Positions 51,830 to 64,000 of a DNA stretch of 64,000 nt are shown one piece after another. How positions within the stretch are numbered: the first letter of the stretch is position 1; every line of letters begins with the position of its first letter. The notes under the pieces are model-generated. The model saw only the letters and a program-made list of their open reading frames with translations. It did no database searches and was not told where the DNA came from. The position numbers and the translations under genes are program-made. The DNA is from Chiloscyllium plagiosum (lineage: Eukaryota), in contig NC_057719.1 in assembly GCF_004010195.1 (NCBI RefSeq), positions 62,488,862 to 62,552,861 on the forward strand, given 5' to 3'.

Positions 51830-54430
51830 CAGTAGTTGTTGCCTATGAACCTCAAGACAGTAGTGGGGGTGAGGGAGGAGATGACATTAAATAGGAAATA
51901 TGGAATGCATGAAACAAAGGCGCGATAGTAATTGTAGATGATATTAACCTACACACACTGGGCAAATCAGATGAGCAATAATACTGTGGCAGATTAATTC
52001 CTGGTGTTTGTATGAGATGGAGTGTCAGACCAGCACATTGAGGGGTCAGTTCAAGGACAGGGTATCCTACGTTTGATTTTGTGAAATGAGAAGCAGTTGA
52101 TTTAATAACCTTGTTATAAATTGATAAACTTGCAGGAAATCATAGCCATAACATGATAAATGTCTTCATTGGGATAGAAAGTGAAGTCCATCTGAAATCA
52201 TTCCTAAATCTAAGCAAAGTCAATTGTACAAAGGAATGTGAGGTGAGTTGGCTCCACTAACTGAGGAACTTCATTAAAAGGTACACCTGTGGCTAGGTAA
52301 CGGTTAACATTTGAGGAGCAGTTGTTTGCATTAGCAGCAGTTACACATTCCCTTTAGATGTAAAGAGCACAACAGGAAAAAATGGTCTATTATGTTTATC
52401 AGAAATTAGGATAGTAGTAGATCGAAAAATGAGCAAAAATGAAGTTGCTAGAAAAAGTAACAAAAAGTAACAAGTTCATAATTTGGCATGTGAGAGCCAA
52501 GAGACTGACTAAGATAGGAAAAATAGGCTTCTGGAAGCTTTTTGATGTGCTTTGATTATAGAAACCCTACAGTGTGGAAACAGGACATTTGGCCCAATAA
52601 TTCCAAACTGACCCTCTGAAGAGTAACCCTCCTAGACCCATTCCCCTACCCCTCTACATTTACCCCTCACTCATGCACCTAAACTATACAATGGGCAATT
52701 TAGCATGGCCAATTCACCTAACCTATACAGGGACAATGTGCAAACTCCACACAGACAGTTGCTCAAAGCTGGAATTGAACCCAGGTCCCTGGCACTGTGA
52801 GGCAGCAGTACTAACCACTGAGCCACCATGCTACCTTTCTTAAAATAAAACATTAGCAAAGACAAATGAGAACCCCTTACAGTTGAAATTGATGAATTGA
52901 TGATTGAGAACAAGGAAATGGCAGAGCACTTAAACAAAACTGCTTTTGTTCTGTCTTCACCGAAAACATCTCAGAAGTAGCAGCAAAGCAAGGGTCTTTT
53001 GGAAAGGAGGGATTGAAGGAAATTAATATTCATTACAATTTACAAAAAAGTACTGGAGAAATTAATCGGACTGAAAGCTGATAAATTTTCAGGGCCTGCT
53101 AATCTATGTGCCAGGATACTCAAAGTGTTTGCTATGAGAATAATTGATGTGTTGGTTTATCAAGTTCCAAAGCTGTGTAGATTCTGGAATAATCCTGGCA
53201 GACTGCTGGGTGACAAATGTTTAAAAAAACGAGAGAAGGACAAAACCAGGAATAGGGAAAATGCTGGAGGTATTACACAAAGTCAGTGTGGATTTATCAA
53301 AGAGAAACTACCTTTGACAAAGGTACTGGAATTTTTTTTTGAGGGCATAAATAATAAAAAAGGTGGGGGAGAACCAGTGGATGTGCAGGATTTGGATTTT
53401 CAGAAAGTTTTTGCTGAAGTCATACTTAAGAGGTTATTGAGCAAAGTCAAAGCATATAAAATGACACAGTAGGAATAAATATGTCATTTTCAGGGGAGAA
53501 AGTAGTGACAAGTGGGATACTGCAATAACCAGTTTTTGAGTTCCATCTATTCACAGTGTATGTCAATGGCTTAGGTAAGTAAGTATAGTGTAATCTTAGC
53601 AAGTTTTGTGACAAAAGAAAACTAGGTGGGGGCATGAGTGGTGTGGATGAGACTTCAAGATGACTTAAACAAGTTGAGTGAGTGGGCAAGTACAAACTGA
53701 ATGAAGTATAATGTGGATAAATGTAATGTTGTCCACTTTGATAGGATAGCAGTGTATTATTTAAATGGTGATAGATTGGAAAGTGTTGCTGGACAAAGGG
53801 ACCTGGGTGCCTGAGTATGCTGGTGTTTGAAAGCAACAGATATTTAGGAAGACTGATGGCATGTTGGCCTACATTGCAAGAGAGTTTGGTACAGAAGCAA
53901 CAAAGTCTTACTGCTGTTGTAGAGGGCCTTGATGAGATCCTATCTGAAGTATTGTGTGCAAGTTTGGTCTCCTTACCTGACTACTGATATACTTATCATC
54001 ATGGGCGAACAGTAACTTTCACCTAGTGAATTCCTGAGGTGGCAGGTTTATCATATTGCGGTCACCTGGACCTGTATTTACTGGACTACAGAAGAATGAG
54101 TGGTGATCTCACTGCAACACATAAAGTTGTGACAGGGCTAGACAGACCGGGTTCAGGGATGATGTTGCCCTGGATTCAGGCCCGATCCGGAGCAAAGGGT
54201 CTTGATTTCTGATGTGTGGTAGGCTATTTAGACTGAGATGAGGAGAAATGTTTTCACGCAGAGGTTAGTGAAGCTGTGAAATTGTCTATCCCAGAAGGCT
54301 GTGGCTGTGAAGTCACTGAATGTATTTAAGAAATAGATTTCAAGAAGCTATGGAGGAGAGAATGCAGGAGTGTGCTGTTAAGATAGAGGATTAGTCATGA
54401 TGATCCCTGTTCATTTTTCTATCTTCTAGG
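51830..54430 (+). mobile_element. Old CR1 ORF2 (APE to RT to 3' UTR), interrupted by a SINE
   Basis: QSQCGFIKEKLPLTKVLEFF..EPVDVQDLDFQKVF and other CR1 motifs, with many stops. Confidence 0.8.
52557..52835 (-). mobile_element. HE1/V-SINE
   Basis: Reverse tRNA head ggtggctcagtggttag..gggttcaattcc, V-domain and tail. Confidence 0.88.
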
Positions 54431-56499
54431 TTTCGAAGAAACCAATCCTACCTCAGTGCATCATAATACTTACTGGCAGGGTTGGTTGGTGGCTGCAGAG
54501 ATGGTTTCTTGTGGTCTCTTCAAATCTGCCTTTTACTATTGTGGTTACTTTTTGCAGAACTTGAGCAATCTTGGAACTAACCTATTCTGACTAAGTTGCA
54601 GGATGAGTATTAGCATTGGGTAATCCCCTCATTGTCACCCTTATCGCAACACTGCAGTTTCATAAAATATAGTTTCCAGTTTGATCCAGAGTATGTGTTA
54701 AAGGTAAGAAATGGAGTTATGGCACCAGTTTCTCTTTTCCTTCTGTAATAATATGTCCTCTTTGTTGAGCATTTTCTTCACCTTTCCCATTCTTGGACCA
54801 TGCTGAGGCCTATGTCTACAGGCCCATGCTCATGAAGCTATTCATCAGTGATGCTGGCAAGCTCAAGAGAGCTGCCTTGGGCAACCTTGTCACCTTCGGA
54901 AGACATACTAGCCATAGAGAATCACATTCTTGACAACACATTTGACCGCTTCATCGTTTGGCACAGTCATGTGACAAAGCACAACTCTGTGTGATTTGTA
55001 ACACTGAAAATGTGTAAAATAGTTGTTTGGATGAGATTTTGCTTTCACACTGTTTCAAGCCAAACGATATCTGGAGTGTCAGTAGCAGCCTGAGAGAATT
55101 TTTCTATTTCGAGCAAATACTTTGCTGTCAGGTATTCCAAGTTCAGAGATAAACTGGATTGGATGCAGGGAAAGGTTTAGACAGTGACTTTAATCAAAGA
55201 CATGAAACACTTTCTCCAGCTATATGGGTGACTATTCCACTGGTGTTATATCAACTTAGTTCCTGATGGATTTGATTAAGCTAATGGACATGTTCTAAGC
55301 ACAGGTCTAACATAATATTTACTGTTTCTTTGATTTAGGCTTTCTTGCTGGCTCAGTTGGTTTGCGCTAAGAATAACTATAGAAGCCCAAACTATCTGTA
55401 TGCTAACACCTCACCCTCATCTCACTCTAACAATGCAGTGTCTTGTACATTGCTGGAGTGTCTTGTTCAGTTGCTCGAAACGCGCACATCCACTTGTAAG
55501 AGGGCGATCCACCTTATTATCCTTCAGTCAGGCAGTTCAGAGGCAATATTGGAAGTCAAGTCCCAGGAGACCTGCAAGTTAATGAGAAGCCAGTGGGCCC
55601 TTCACTCAGCAGCACCCCAGAAGAGGCTGTGGCCACTGCTAGAAGCTGAGATTGAGAGGATCAGTCTGACAGGTGAGCGCTCTGTTGGCATGAAGGAGGT
55701 CTCTGAACTTGAGGGTCACTGGAAAAGGGAAGCTTTTTGGAAACGAGGCCAAGGCACGGCTCTGGTCTGTCACGCTGTCACCCAGTGTCGAGTCCCTGAA
55801 TTGTGCAGCCGAGGGGGAACATGCATGAGAGTGGGAGCTCACCCTGGGTTACTACAAAGTAAAACCGTCTTTTATTTTGTCCCTCTGGAACAGAGACGTT
55901 TGCATATTCGTTGTGAAAGGGCCGTAAAGTGTTAATTCATTAACCACTTAATGGCTTTAATGGGCATCGGGATGGGGAGGTTGAGCTTCGGTCTTCCTGT
56001 CCAATCTTAATTTCGGCAGAAATGGGGAAGGAGTGATGTTCTGATACACTAACATCCCACTCAATTAAGTTGTCTTCCCTCCGCCAACCTCACCACCTCC
56101 TGGATTGAAGATCCTGCCCCTAGCCTCATGTGTCAGTGCAATGATATCAAAATTCTCATGACTGGCTTGCCCTCTAAGCAGCAGCAGTGTGTAGGGTTAT
56201 GGCGAGAAGGTGAGGAAATGACACGATGCATATTACTGTTTTGGAGAGTTCGCATGGTCATAATGAGCTGAGCAGCTTTTCTTCACTGTAAAGATTCGGT
56301 ATAAAATGTGCCTGAATCACAAGTCTTTTGTCTATTCTTTACCCTGAAGTAATGAATGAAAATTGTAGTTCAGTCCTTTCGTGTTTGACAAAATTTGTGC
56401 CGTGAGCTCTTCTGTGCCAATAGGTCAGAAACAACCCATTAAACTTTGCCCCTTTTGAGACTGCAAGAGCAGGAAACAGTGATCCCATCATTCCGGATA

Positions 56500-56625
56500 T
56501 GGTTATTGAATAGGCATATGGATGAAAATGGACTTGTGTAGATTAGATGGGCTTCAGATTGGTTTCACAGGTCGGTGCAACATCGAGGGCCGAAGGGCCT
56601 GTACTGCGCTGTAATGTTCTATGGA
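56500..56625 (+). mobile_element. Short CR1 3' end
   Basis: ggtttcacaggtcggtgcaacatcgagggccgaagggcctgtactgcgctgtaatgttctatg. Confidence 0.8.
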
Positions 56626-58484
56626 TCTGAACTTGGGTTCCTGAAGAGAAAAGAAGGTGTTTCAGATGGAGGCTGTAAAGAATTAACCTGCTCTTCAAAT
56701 ACTATGATATTTATTCAGCTCAAGTGGCTGCTGTACAGTTATTGTCACCCAAAATATTGCAGCAGCAAAGCAACATCGAGGATTGGGAGAAATCATTATA
56801 GTCGTCTGCCTGAACATGGTGTCTGTTAAAGTAACGGACCCAATTTACTCTTTTAGTTACATTTACTGCCAAATAATTATCCAGTACTTTATTTATTTAC
56901 CCACAGCACTTTGATTGTTTTGAGATCACACATGACCTCATACAGTGTTGTGATTTTGAGATGAGGCAGTAAGCCAAGTTCCTATCTGGTAGTTCTGGTG
57001 AATGTTGCAAATCCATCTTAGCTATAACAAAGGCATTGAGAAATATTCTTATTCTCATTTATCACTGTCACTTTCTACTTAATAATTTAAAGCACTCGTT
57101 GACCAGAGAAAAAAGAACTTGCATTTATATCGCTCCTTTTCCAACCTCAGGACATCACATGTTACTTTAGAATTGTTTTCTACTTTTTGAAGCATGCTGA
57201 CTATTGTAGTGCACAGCAAGCTCACGCAATTAGCGCAAAAACAAAAAACAAATGGTTAAAGGATAAAATTCATTAACAGTACAGCACAAACTCAGAACTT
57301 GTCAACCTGGGTGAAGTGCTGATGCCATTGTAGTGGCTTTGGATCCATGATATTTTGAAGCGATATAAACACTCGGGTAAGAAAAAGAACCTCCATTATT
57401 TTGCATAAGAATGACCCCAGCCTTCCAAGTTGCTTGTCATTTTAACAAACCATCTTGCTCCCATGCTAACATTTCCATCTTTGGCTTGCTAATGTTTCAG
57501 CCAAGTTCCCCACAAGCTGGAGGAAGAGCACTATATTTCCACTCGGGCACTTCAGAGCCTCTAGGACTCGACATTAAGTTGTAACAGCTCAGAGCATGAC
57601 CTCTGCCCTCCATTTTGATTACGCCACATGGCCACTCACATGACGGTGTCTTGTTTGGGTTTGTTTTGACTTAAATCTTAGCGGAGTGCTTCTCCCTTTC
57701 ACGTGTACCATGTACACCTATTTCACATTCTCACTCTTTTACCTCCATTAATGTATTCTTTATTCTTCACTCTGGGAACTGTCACTATTGGTTCCACTTG
57801 TTCCTCCTGCGCTCTCAACAGCAAAAAAAAATCACCATTTTCCAGCCCCTTTTAACTTTGAGGGAAAGTCATATCAGGCTAGAATCATTAAGTCCGATTC
57901 TGTTTTGAGAGGTGCTGCCAGACCTGTTGAGTTTCTCCAGCATTTTCGGTTTCTTGTGTGTTTTCATTTTCAAGTTGGACATATACCAAACACTGGCATT
58001 AGACCTAACTAAAATTAAGGATGAGTGTATGATGAAACTTCAGAATAGAATTACCCATTGGTTTGCATGTGTTTTTCAGAAAGAAATATGGGAGTTCTAA
58101 TGTTATTAGTCACACATTTAACTTTGAAATACTTTGACACTCCAGATTTTTGATGAAAATAATTAGTTGAAAACATTCAAATGTATGCACGTATCTAAAA
58201 TATTATCATGGAGGCAGTCATGAATGTTAATTTGTCAATCTATGTCAAGAATAAGAATATTTCTCAATGCCTTTGATTTTTCATGACTGTGCAGAATAGG
58301 TTTTCATCATATCTCAAAAATTATAATATTTCTGTCCAGAAAGAAAGATTTGTGTTTCTCTAGCAGTTTTCTCCTTCAAGACTTTCCAAAGCAGTTTGCA
58401 GCTCGTTAAGTATCTTTTTAAAGTTATATGCAAATATTGCAGTCAAATAAGTGTAGTAAGATCCCACATAAGCAAGTTACACAA

Positions 58485-58660
58485 TCAAAAGCAAGAATTT
58501 CTGCAGAAACTCTCGGTTCTGCTAGTTCTGCAGTCGGGTCGCTGGACCTAAACTATTAACTCTGCTTTCTCTCCACAGATGCTGCCAGACCTGTAGAGTT
58601 TCTCCAGCAATTTTTATTTCTTATTCAGATTTCCAGCATCTGCAGTTCTTTGTTTTGTTA
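58485..58660. mobile_element. Old PLE-pLTR mini-element inside a Deu-SINE (other old pLTR halves at ~49965, ~51240, ~57860)
   Basis: ggtcgctggacc helix II followed by ttaactctgctttctctccacagatgctgccagacctg; short inverted left arm. Confidence 0.65.
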
Positions 58661-60126
58661 CACCAGTTACATAATGACTTATTCATTTTGTCACTGTTTA
58701 AGAGATGAATGTTGAAGAGGAAACTGAGAGTGTTCCTTTGATGTTCTTACACGCTTCTGTGGAGTGGTTATATGTATCCTGTGAGGTATGACAAAGCCCA
58801 AGGACAAATTCGTTTGGTCTAGATAATGTAACAAAAGAGGCCTTCCTATAAAATTGACAGTGAAAATACTCATCGAGACTTCACTTTTACCTACAGTATG
58901 AATCTCAAACTGTCGCAAGAAAATCCTGTGAAGTGTGCTCACCAACATTTGAGCACAGCATATGCAGCTGTTTTTTTGCAAGTCAAAGGTGAATGTGGGG
59001 GGGAGGTGTATTGTGTTACGGGACTAAAACGATCTTGGTGTTAGTTTCGCAAGTGCAGTTCACCTCGCTGGGTTCATATGTTTATTTAAGTCTAGTTTCT
59101 GTCACCTTACAGTTGAACTAAGCAGCTCCTATATCACGTGGCAATAAATTGCCATCCAGCTATCAAAATTAATTAAATGCTTTTGTTTTGTTACATACCC
59201 ATAACCAAGTACGAACGAAGTAACAGTATAACATGGTTTTCAAAAGTGTTACACATTAACATGTACCTTTCGTACGAGTCGCAGAATCTGCCAATACATT
59301 GAAATGTGTTAAAACTTTCTGCTGCTTACCGGTTAGCAATGCTTTTAGATAATTTTTCGTGTAAAGTTTGACATTCAATATAGTGGATAATTTGAGGCTC
59401 CACAGTACATTTCTTCAGTAAAATATGGGCAGACTGAAAATAACATCAGAAGTTTCCAGGGACTGTTAGACCACCCTGGATTAATGTTTATTAACTCATG
59501 GGTTTCACAGTGTGCAGTAATGATTTATCTGAATTAAAGTTAAAATTAATTATGGCACACTTTCAAAATATTCTATTGACATCAGAAAGAACAGATGTTC
59601 TGATTTAGAGTCCTACAGGAAATAGCAAGTTTCCTCTCACCAACATTCTCACACTGGATCCTGTCCCATGTCTTGCCTCAGTGCAGTATATATTTTTTTC
59701 AGGAACAGTTTTGTTCTGAGATTTTCATCATTTATTGCAGCTTCTCAGTACCTCTCTCAAATGGCCTAATAATAAATGCTCATGGTTTGCCACCAGCAGG
59801 ATATTTTGCCTGAGGCAATATTCACATCCTTCCCATAACTTAAGATGCTCAATGTGAATATCATGGTATTGAAGAATATGACAGACATCTGTTGCAAGTA
59901 ATCACTGTATACAGACATCACATTCCTCAGACACATCAGTGTCTGGGCTAACGTTAAGCACTGTGCTTCCAGTAGAATGTAATGCTTTAGGTAATCCTGG
60001 GGTAATATGGAATATGAAATCTTTTATGCACACTGCTCATATGCCTTGATACAGTGATGGTATCATGAGCATACCCCTTAAAGATAAGGCTGATTTACTG
60101 ACTGAGAGATGCAGCATTAGATATAG

Positions 60127-62440
60127 ACAAAAAAAACCTTCTGATGCCAGAATCCAAAATCGATCCGCAAGAGGCTGGAAGAACACAGCAAACCAGGCAG
60201 CATCAGGAGGTGGAGAAGTCGACGTTTCGAGTATAACCCTTCTTCAGGACTCTGAGGTGGGTGTACGGGGAGTTATAGATAAAGGGGATGGGCGAGGGTT
60301 TTGGATGGGAAAAGGGACGGAATGGTGAGATAATGATAGGTGAATACAGGTAGTGGGTACAAGCTGGTTGGTCGTTGGGAGGGATGAATCCGGTTGGTAG
60401 CCGGATGGAAGGGTCTGATTCACTGTGGCAGTGGAGGAGACCAAGGATGGACATGCCAAAGTGAGAAGGGGAATTGAAATGGGCGGTGACCGGGAGGTCA
60501 AGCTTGCCCTTGTGGACCTGGCTGAAATGCTTGGTGAACCATTCCCTAAGTTTTCCTTTGGTCTCACCAATGTAGAGAAGACACATTGGGAGCACTGAAT
60601 GCTGTAGGCTAGTTCGGAGGAGAGGCAGGTGAACCTCTGTCCCACCTGGAAGGACTGTTTGGGGCCCTGCATGGAGGCGAGAGGGGTGGTGTACCAGCAG
60701 GTTTACATCTTTTCTGGTTAGAGGGGAAGGTACCTGGGGATTCAGGGGGGTTGGTGGGGAGAGTGGGACAAAGCAAGGAGGGAGAAGGGAGCAGTCCTTG
60801 TGGAAGGCAGAGAAGGGTAAGGAGGGTAAGATGTTCTTGGTGATGGGGTCTAGTTGAAATTGGCAGAAGTGTTTGAGGATGATATGTCGGATGCAGAGAC
60901 TGGTAAGGTGGAAAGTGAGGCCTAGGGGGACTCTGTCTTTATTATGCTTGGAGGGGGCAGTTTTAGAGCAGGAGGGAATGGAGGTGTTGCAGTGGAGGGC
61001 TGTCTGCATGACAAAGTTGGGAAAGGCATATTGTTTAAAATAGGTGGACATCTGGGATGTTTGGGAGTGCAATGTCTCATCATTCGAGCAGAAGCAATGG
61101 AGACGGAGGAATTGGGAAAACAGGATGGAGTTTGTGCAGAGTATGGGATGGGAGGTGGTGTAGTCCAGGTAGTTAATAGAGTCTGTGGGATCATAGTAAA
61201 TGTCAGTCTGTAAACTGTTGGGAGAATGGAAACAGAGAGATCAAGGAAGGGGAGGGAGGTGTTCAAGATGGACCAAGTCAATTTGAGGGCACGGTGGAGG
61301 TTGTGGGTGAAGTTGATGACCTGCTCCACTTGAACCTGGATGCGGGATGCTGCACCATTGCAGTCATCGATGTAATGGCGGAAGAGTTGGGGCACAGTGC
61401 CTGTATAGGTGCTGCAGAGGGACTGTTCGACATAGCCAACAGAGGCAGGGGTAGCTGGGGCCCATCCACATGCCCATGGCAACCCCCTGGATTCGGAGGA
61501 AATGGGTGGAATTAAAGGAAAGCGATTGAGGTTGACAACCAGTTTGGCAAGGTGGAGGCGGGTATTGGTGGAGGGCGACTGCATGGGTCTGTTGGAGAGG
61601 AACAAGCTGAGGGCCTGAAGGCCATCATTATCGGGTATGGACGTGTATAAGGACTGCGTGTCCATTGTGAAAGTAAAGCGCTGGGGTCACGGAACTGGAA
61701 GTTTCCAAAGAGGTGGAGGGCATAGTTAGTGTCCCAGATGTTGATGGGAAGTGTCTGGACCATGGTACAGAGAATGGAGTCAGGTAGGAAGAAATTAGTT
61801 TGGTGGGGCGGGAGCTTGCGGAAGCGATGTGTCAGCTGGGGTAGTTCGGTTTGTGGATCTTAGGGAACAGGTAGAACTGAGCAGTGTAGGCTTGGGGGGC
61901 TATGAGATTGGAGGCGGTGGAGGGGAAATCACCAGGAGCAGTGAGGTCATGGACCATGTGGGTGTTAGTGGCCTGGTGGACCGTGGTGGGGTCGTAGTCA
62001 TGGGGGAGGTAGGACAATGTGTTGGAGAGCTGGTGTTTGGCTTCTGTGATACAGAGGTCCGCCGTCCAGATGAGCACTGCCCAGCCTTTGTCAGCAGGTT
62101 TGATGGTGAAACAGGAATTAGTGCGGAGTGAGTGGAGCGCTGCATGTTCGGAAGAGATGAAGTTGGAGTGGGGTGGAGAAATCAAGGTGCCGATGTCACG
62201 TCGGCAGTCAGCAATGCAGAGGTCTAGGGCGGATAAGAAGCCTGGAGGGGGAGTCCAAGAGAAAGAGGAAAGTTGGAGGCAGAAGAAAGGGTCATCGGAG
62301 GGTCTTTGTCAAAGAAGAAGGAACGGAAGCATCGGAAGAAGAGCTCCACACCGTACCGGGCACAGATCTTGCTAAGGTGGGTGCAGAGGGGCACAAACGG
62401 GCGCCCTTTACTGAGGACAGACCGTTTGGCCTCTGAATTA
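60127..62440 (-). mobile_element. Near full-length, frameshifted Penelope-like element (RT + GIY-YIG + pLTR)
   Basis: RSVLSKG..FVP, TIKPADKG, FYLFPKIHK, MDTQSLYTSIP, FRHYIDD, FLDLSV, LLYIGETK..REWF..H, LPVTAHFNS. Confidence 0.93.
60221..60247 (-). ncRNA. Minimal hammerhead ribozyme motif (best preserved)
   Basis: GAGUC-CUGAAGA-A-GGGU-UAU-ACUC-GAAAC-GUC-GACUU, giving a 5 bp helix I. Confidence 0.8.
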
Positions 62441-62860
62441 GAGTTCCCAGTCACTGCCCGTTTCAATTCCACTACCCACTCCCTCTCCTCTATTGCCACA
62501 ATGAATCAGACCGCAAATTAGAGGAACAACACCTCACCTTCTGCCTGGAAAACTCAACATTGAGTTCTCCAATTTCAAATAACCTCCCTTCCCATCCTCG
62601 ATTCCCTCTCCACTCTGCCTCCTCCCTTTCTTCCAGCTACCAACCAGATTCATCGCTGCTATCGACAAACCAGGTCGTACTCACACCTGTGTTCACCTAT
62701 CACTACCTCATCATTCTGACCCTCACCCCTCCTCCTTCACCTGCACCTCCGTCTTCCCCTATCCCCAGTCCTGAAGAAAGGTTATACTTGAAACATTGAC
62801 TTCTCCACCTCCTGAAGCTGCCTGGCTTGCTGTGTTCTTCCAGCCTCCTGTTTGTCCACT
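62441..62860 (+). mobile_element. Inverted pLTR at the 5' end of the PLE
   Basis: FPVTARFNS.. followed by a pLTR that is the reverse complement of ~60155-60500. Hammerhead CUGAAGA..GAAAC-AUU at 62771-62797. Confidence 0.88.
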
Positions 62861-64000
62861 TGAGGGATCTAACACAGCAGACTATTTGCATATGGAGAAT
62901 TTCCTAACACACTCTTTAACCAAGAGTCCAGACCTATATACTTTTCAGCTAGGTGTGCCTGGATGAAGTGCAGAAATCCTCATCTTGTGAGATAGAGGAC
63001 TGACTTAGAGAATTATCATTGTTGCCCCAGTTTAAATTGGTGAATGTTGCAAATTAAGGTTTGTACCGAAGACTGTTCTGATCTCATCGAATCAAATGCC
63101 CATTTTGAAATGTGTTCACAAAATGAACCATCAAAGCATCCCACTAAGCAAATATTTATTCTGATATAGCTAATGGTTCTCAAACACCAACAGAGTTGCT
63201 ACCTTTTTTGCTATGACTTTGAATGATCTGTGCAGCGATTTAAATCAATAAAGTATTTATAACTATTGTTTCCTCTGTTGGTATCTGAATTCTTTGCATA
63301 AGATAGATGTTTGAAAGCCTGTGGATTTAATGATAAAAAGTGTTGCGAGAAGTGAAAGAAGATGTGTCTGAACCTAAGGGGATTGTAGTCAAATTGGTAA
63401 ACAACATGGGTCTCATAAATCATTGTCATTTGAAGTTGAATTGTTTGGGAAATGAAAGCTTTTGGGAGGCAGGGATCATTTTTGCATTTTGCATCTGACA
63501 AGCAATTTGGAGCTCTGGAAACAGTGAGGTACCCACTTCGGCACTTGGCAATAAGGATGATTTTGATTAAATTTGTGTATGTGATGCTGACAAGTCTTCA
63601 GGTGAAAACATAGTGGAATTTGGATGCTTTGTAAAAGTTTCAAGTTCTAACGTTGCTTTATCTCAGAAAATTAAACTCAGAGTGTTGGGTCCAAGTGAAC
63701 TTGGAAGCTACGGTGACTAGTTTTGTGTGTCGTCAGGTGACAAGGGCAGTTTTACAGTGGAATGGACACGGCCAAGATTGGACTCTCCTTTCCCCATTTG
63801 AGACCCTTAACAGAGAAATTGATGACACTTAAAAAGCAATTTTTAGACTGACAGAAAGGGTTGAAGGCCAATTGGAAAGGGTCTTCTCTCCCCTTCAGTC
63901 GGTCCAGTGGGACTATTTGTTCTTTCCAGCCTGGCAGCTAGACACACCATTGTTCTGCCATTCTTACATTCCCAACACTTAATCTACACTTGCAGCATCC

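Noticed and set aside
55345..56120. 196 aa ORF
   Set aside because: No recognisable domain; probably an old non-autonomous repeat that I cannot classify.
59240..59320. Imperfect AT-rich hairpin
   Set aside because: Short and degenerate; compatible with chance.
1..64000. Prokaryotic-type systems (CRISPR arrays, operons, retrons)
   Set aside because: No regularly spaced repeat-spacer array or gene-dense region. All RT motifs seen belong to eukaryotic Gypsy, CR1/L2 or PLE elements.

Overview
This is eukaryotic, AT-rich, repeat-saturated non-coding DNA. HE1/V-type SINEs, CR1/HER1 LINEs and Deu-domain SINEs point to a cartilaginous fish, most likely a shark (inference). I recognised no intact host gene; the longer ORFs in the track are mostly TE fragments or their antisense. 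The window holds a decayed Ty3/Gypsy gag-pol (1-2870), nested CR1 and L2 LINEs, a Tx1 3' end, tRNA-derived SINEs, a tRNA-iMet pseudogene, Harbinger and hAT remnants, a probable solo LTR, and an assembly gap (21719-22059). The standout signal is a dense population of Penelope-like elements (PLEs) from about five families. Each family's terminal repeat carries a minimal hammerhead ribozyme core (CUGANGA-N-helix II-GAAA-Y-GUH), with helix I covarying between families. These PLEs range from a near full-length RT+GIY-YIG copy (60127-62860), through fold-back insertions with 11-17 bp target-site duplications, to 170-220 bp ORF-less palindromes centred on the ribozyme and a 47 bp micro-insertion with a 25 bp duplication. 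Also unexplained are a ~250 bp-arm inverted repeat (34558-36200), a ~180 bp direct repeat, and a ~60 bp patch apparently copied from one CR1 into another. All alignments were done by eye, and boundaries of old repeats are approximate.
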